From assembly GCA_002633005.1 (NCBI GenBank), contig NMRA01000270.1:208345-272344 (forward strand): DNA of 64,000 bases, read 5' to 3'. Numbering within the stretch: the first letter of the stretch is position 1; each line of letters opens with the position of its first letter. Below the pieces are notes generated by a model that worked only from the letters and a program-made list of their open reading frames with translations, did no database searches and was not told where the DNA came from. Positions 61,701-64,000 of the stretch are shown here, one piece after another. The stretch comes from Phoronis australis. Its lineage: Eukaryota; Animalia; Phoronida. A program made the translations under genes and the position numbers.

Positions 61701-64000
61701 TTATCTTTCTGGACATAAATGTGACAAAATGTGCAGATATTTCCAAACAACCTCCAGATAACTACATATGATTGTGGGGTATTCTCAATTGTTGAACATG
61801 AAATCTCGAGAAATGATACAATAGCTCACGGTGTTTCATTTCAATGGCTTAGATAGATTCACATCAGTTCAGATCCTCTTTATTGTCCTTCTTGACTTTG
61901 GTATGTATCACAAGCTCGCCTTATTTTCACAGGTGAGTTGCTGATCGACCCACGGCATTTGCTTGAAGTACGAGAAACGCATATGTGTGAAATGCTGTTT
62001 TACTTTTATTTGGCCCTCTTTGGAATCGTCTCTCCTCACCTGAGCCGATTTTTTCTAAAACTGACAAGTAGGCAGGTAAGCTGTTTTGTTTCACGAGGTG
62101 CAAGTGTCCAGTTAGTTGCACAGGTATTAACGACATCAGTGTACGTTTTGCAGATTGCTATATCATGTACCTGTATCCAATTCTCGTTGTCGGCCAATCG
62201 TTTTTGTTAGATTTCAAACAAAAATTTTGAGTGGTGCACAAAATACACATCTGTCGCTGGAAAGAGAAACAATTGTTTAGGTTTTACCGACGTTAAATAT
62301 GTGGAGCGTAAGACCAGCTATGTCTTCGAATAACGTCTTATTCGTCTTACAAAATGACGAAGGTCCATGGAGTGTGAATAATGTGAATCTCATGATTACT
62401 ATTTTCTGCGTCTTTTGTTAGAAAATAGTGGTGGTGATGGTGGTGGTGGTAGTGGTGGTGCTTCTTCTTTTACGTTTGTTTATTCGATGATGTCATGTGC
62501 ATTGTTTAACAATATCAACGTGACGTGTTATAATGCGACGTCGTTGTTGCTCTCCAGTTTAGAATTTTCATACACCCGTGCCCATTTTTGCTGTATGGTA
62601 ATTCACTTTCCTCAGTGGCATTGTTGACAGTCTTTTACTGGGCGTTATCCGCAGATCACAAATAAAGTTCACTATCGAACACCCATGTTTACTAATAATT
62701 TGTTTCATCAACGCCTGCCTGTTGTTCCGGTCACCTCGCCGTGAACAAGTGTTCACCAGAATCAATGAACAGCGGGAAGAGATGTGTGCTTTCACGACGC
62801 TTCCAGCAATCCATTCTCTATTCGCGATCTCCATTCATTGTTTTCACTGTTTGTTTTTACTGCTTACTGGAGTGTACACCTATGGACCACAACAGGAAAG
62901 TAAACAGAGTCTTGTTCAGTGTGTTTGAGGTCGTCATCTCTGACTAGACACTCGATGGAAGCTGGGCTTTGTTAGGTTCTTTACTGCTGGAGTGGATGAC
63001 TTTCAGTAAGGGGGAGTCTTGGCTGGCCTGATATTGATATTGCCATGCATGCTAAACTCAGGTTGACGGGAACTGCAGGAAGACGAGTACCACTAATACA
63101 AGGTAAATGTCATTAAAATGACGTGTGACGACGGTGAAATGTGAAGTTGTACAGGAAATGTTCGCATAAGTATCGACGCAGAAGGGCTTACATTTGGAAC
63201 GTAATGTTCGGAACTCAGTCCGCCATGGTTGAAGCAGGACACAACTGTAATTTCTCGCCAAGGCTTTGTAGGGTTTTCCAAATGGGCACGTGACTGTCAA
63301 CGAGAAGTAAAAACAATTAGACTTCGTTTTTGCAGTCATCAGGTCACGTGTCAGCTATGATCTCGTCTGGGTGACTGACATCCCCGGGCGCAGATATATA
63401 TACCCACGTACACTGGGGATCTTCGTGAAATTTTGTATCCTGTTCCAAATGATGACAAATCTATTGGTCAGTGCCAAAATTGTTCCTACCTGTTTGTTGT
63501 CGCTGTTAAACTGTCATCGATGTGCCTTTCGTGTTGGTGATGTTTTGCTACATGTCTATAGAATGAGTTCAAAGAATCAACATAAATCCTTTATAACAAA
63601 GAGAAATACACCACTTCCCTAGTTTTTTTTCTACCCTACGATCTTATGCTGGCTGATATTTACCCAGGCCCAAAACTGAAAATAAACGGATCAGCTGATT
63701 ACTGATGCTGTTGGTTCGTGTTTGAAATGAACGCGTGTAATTTGATTTTCTATTCACCACGTGATAAGTGACCCTTTGTGCAACTTTTAAGTTTAAAAAA
63801 AAAATGCATTTTATCAGCATTCTATTTCTACAACAAATGCATCCATACCATCAATTACTCAAGAAACACTTGTTTATTGGTTTTGTCCAACCCTAAAATT
63901 GCGGGTTCTGTAACGATGCGTGTACGCATTTCCTGGGTCTTAAGTTTTCAGCTCATTCCGGCGACAATAATTCAAGATTGTATATTAAGCATTAAACCCT

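Noticed and set aside
60990-63400. Exons of a further plus-strand gene
   Set aside because: Scattered splice-like signals exist, but no phase-consistent coding chain or recognisable protein could be built.

Overview
Eukaryotic, intron-rich animal DNA, probably an invertebrate (inferred from GT-AG introns and abundant short inverted-repeat transposons). Most ORFs in the supplied track are spurious. Three conserved spliced genes were reconstructed by hand with consistent exon phases: COQ3 (minus strand, 5' end unresolved), PNISR/SFRS18 (plus, 11 coding exons, ~707 aa) and NT5DC1 (minus, 11 coding exons, ~455 aa). The window also holds a gene with an uninterrupted CDS for a tandem two-domain bulb-type (GNA-related) mannose-binding lectin, and a probable spliced gene for a 77-aa single-pass membrane microprotein. 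The rest contains several MITE families (some with clear TSDs, one nested in a copy of itself), palindromic elements made of two head-to-head tRNA-like units, Tc1/mariner and LINE remnants, minisatellites, a perfect 13-bp CpG-rich array and a 1.3-kb duplication across an assembly N that is probably an artefact. All coordinates were read by eye and no database searches were run.
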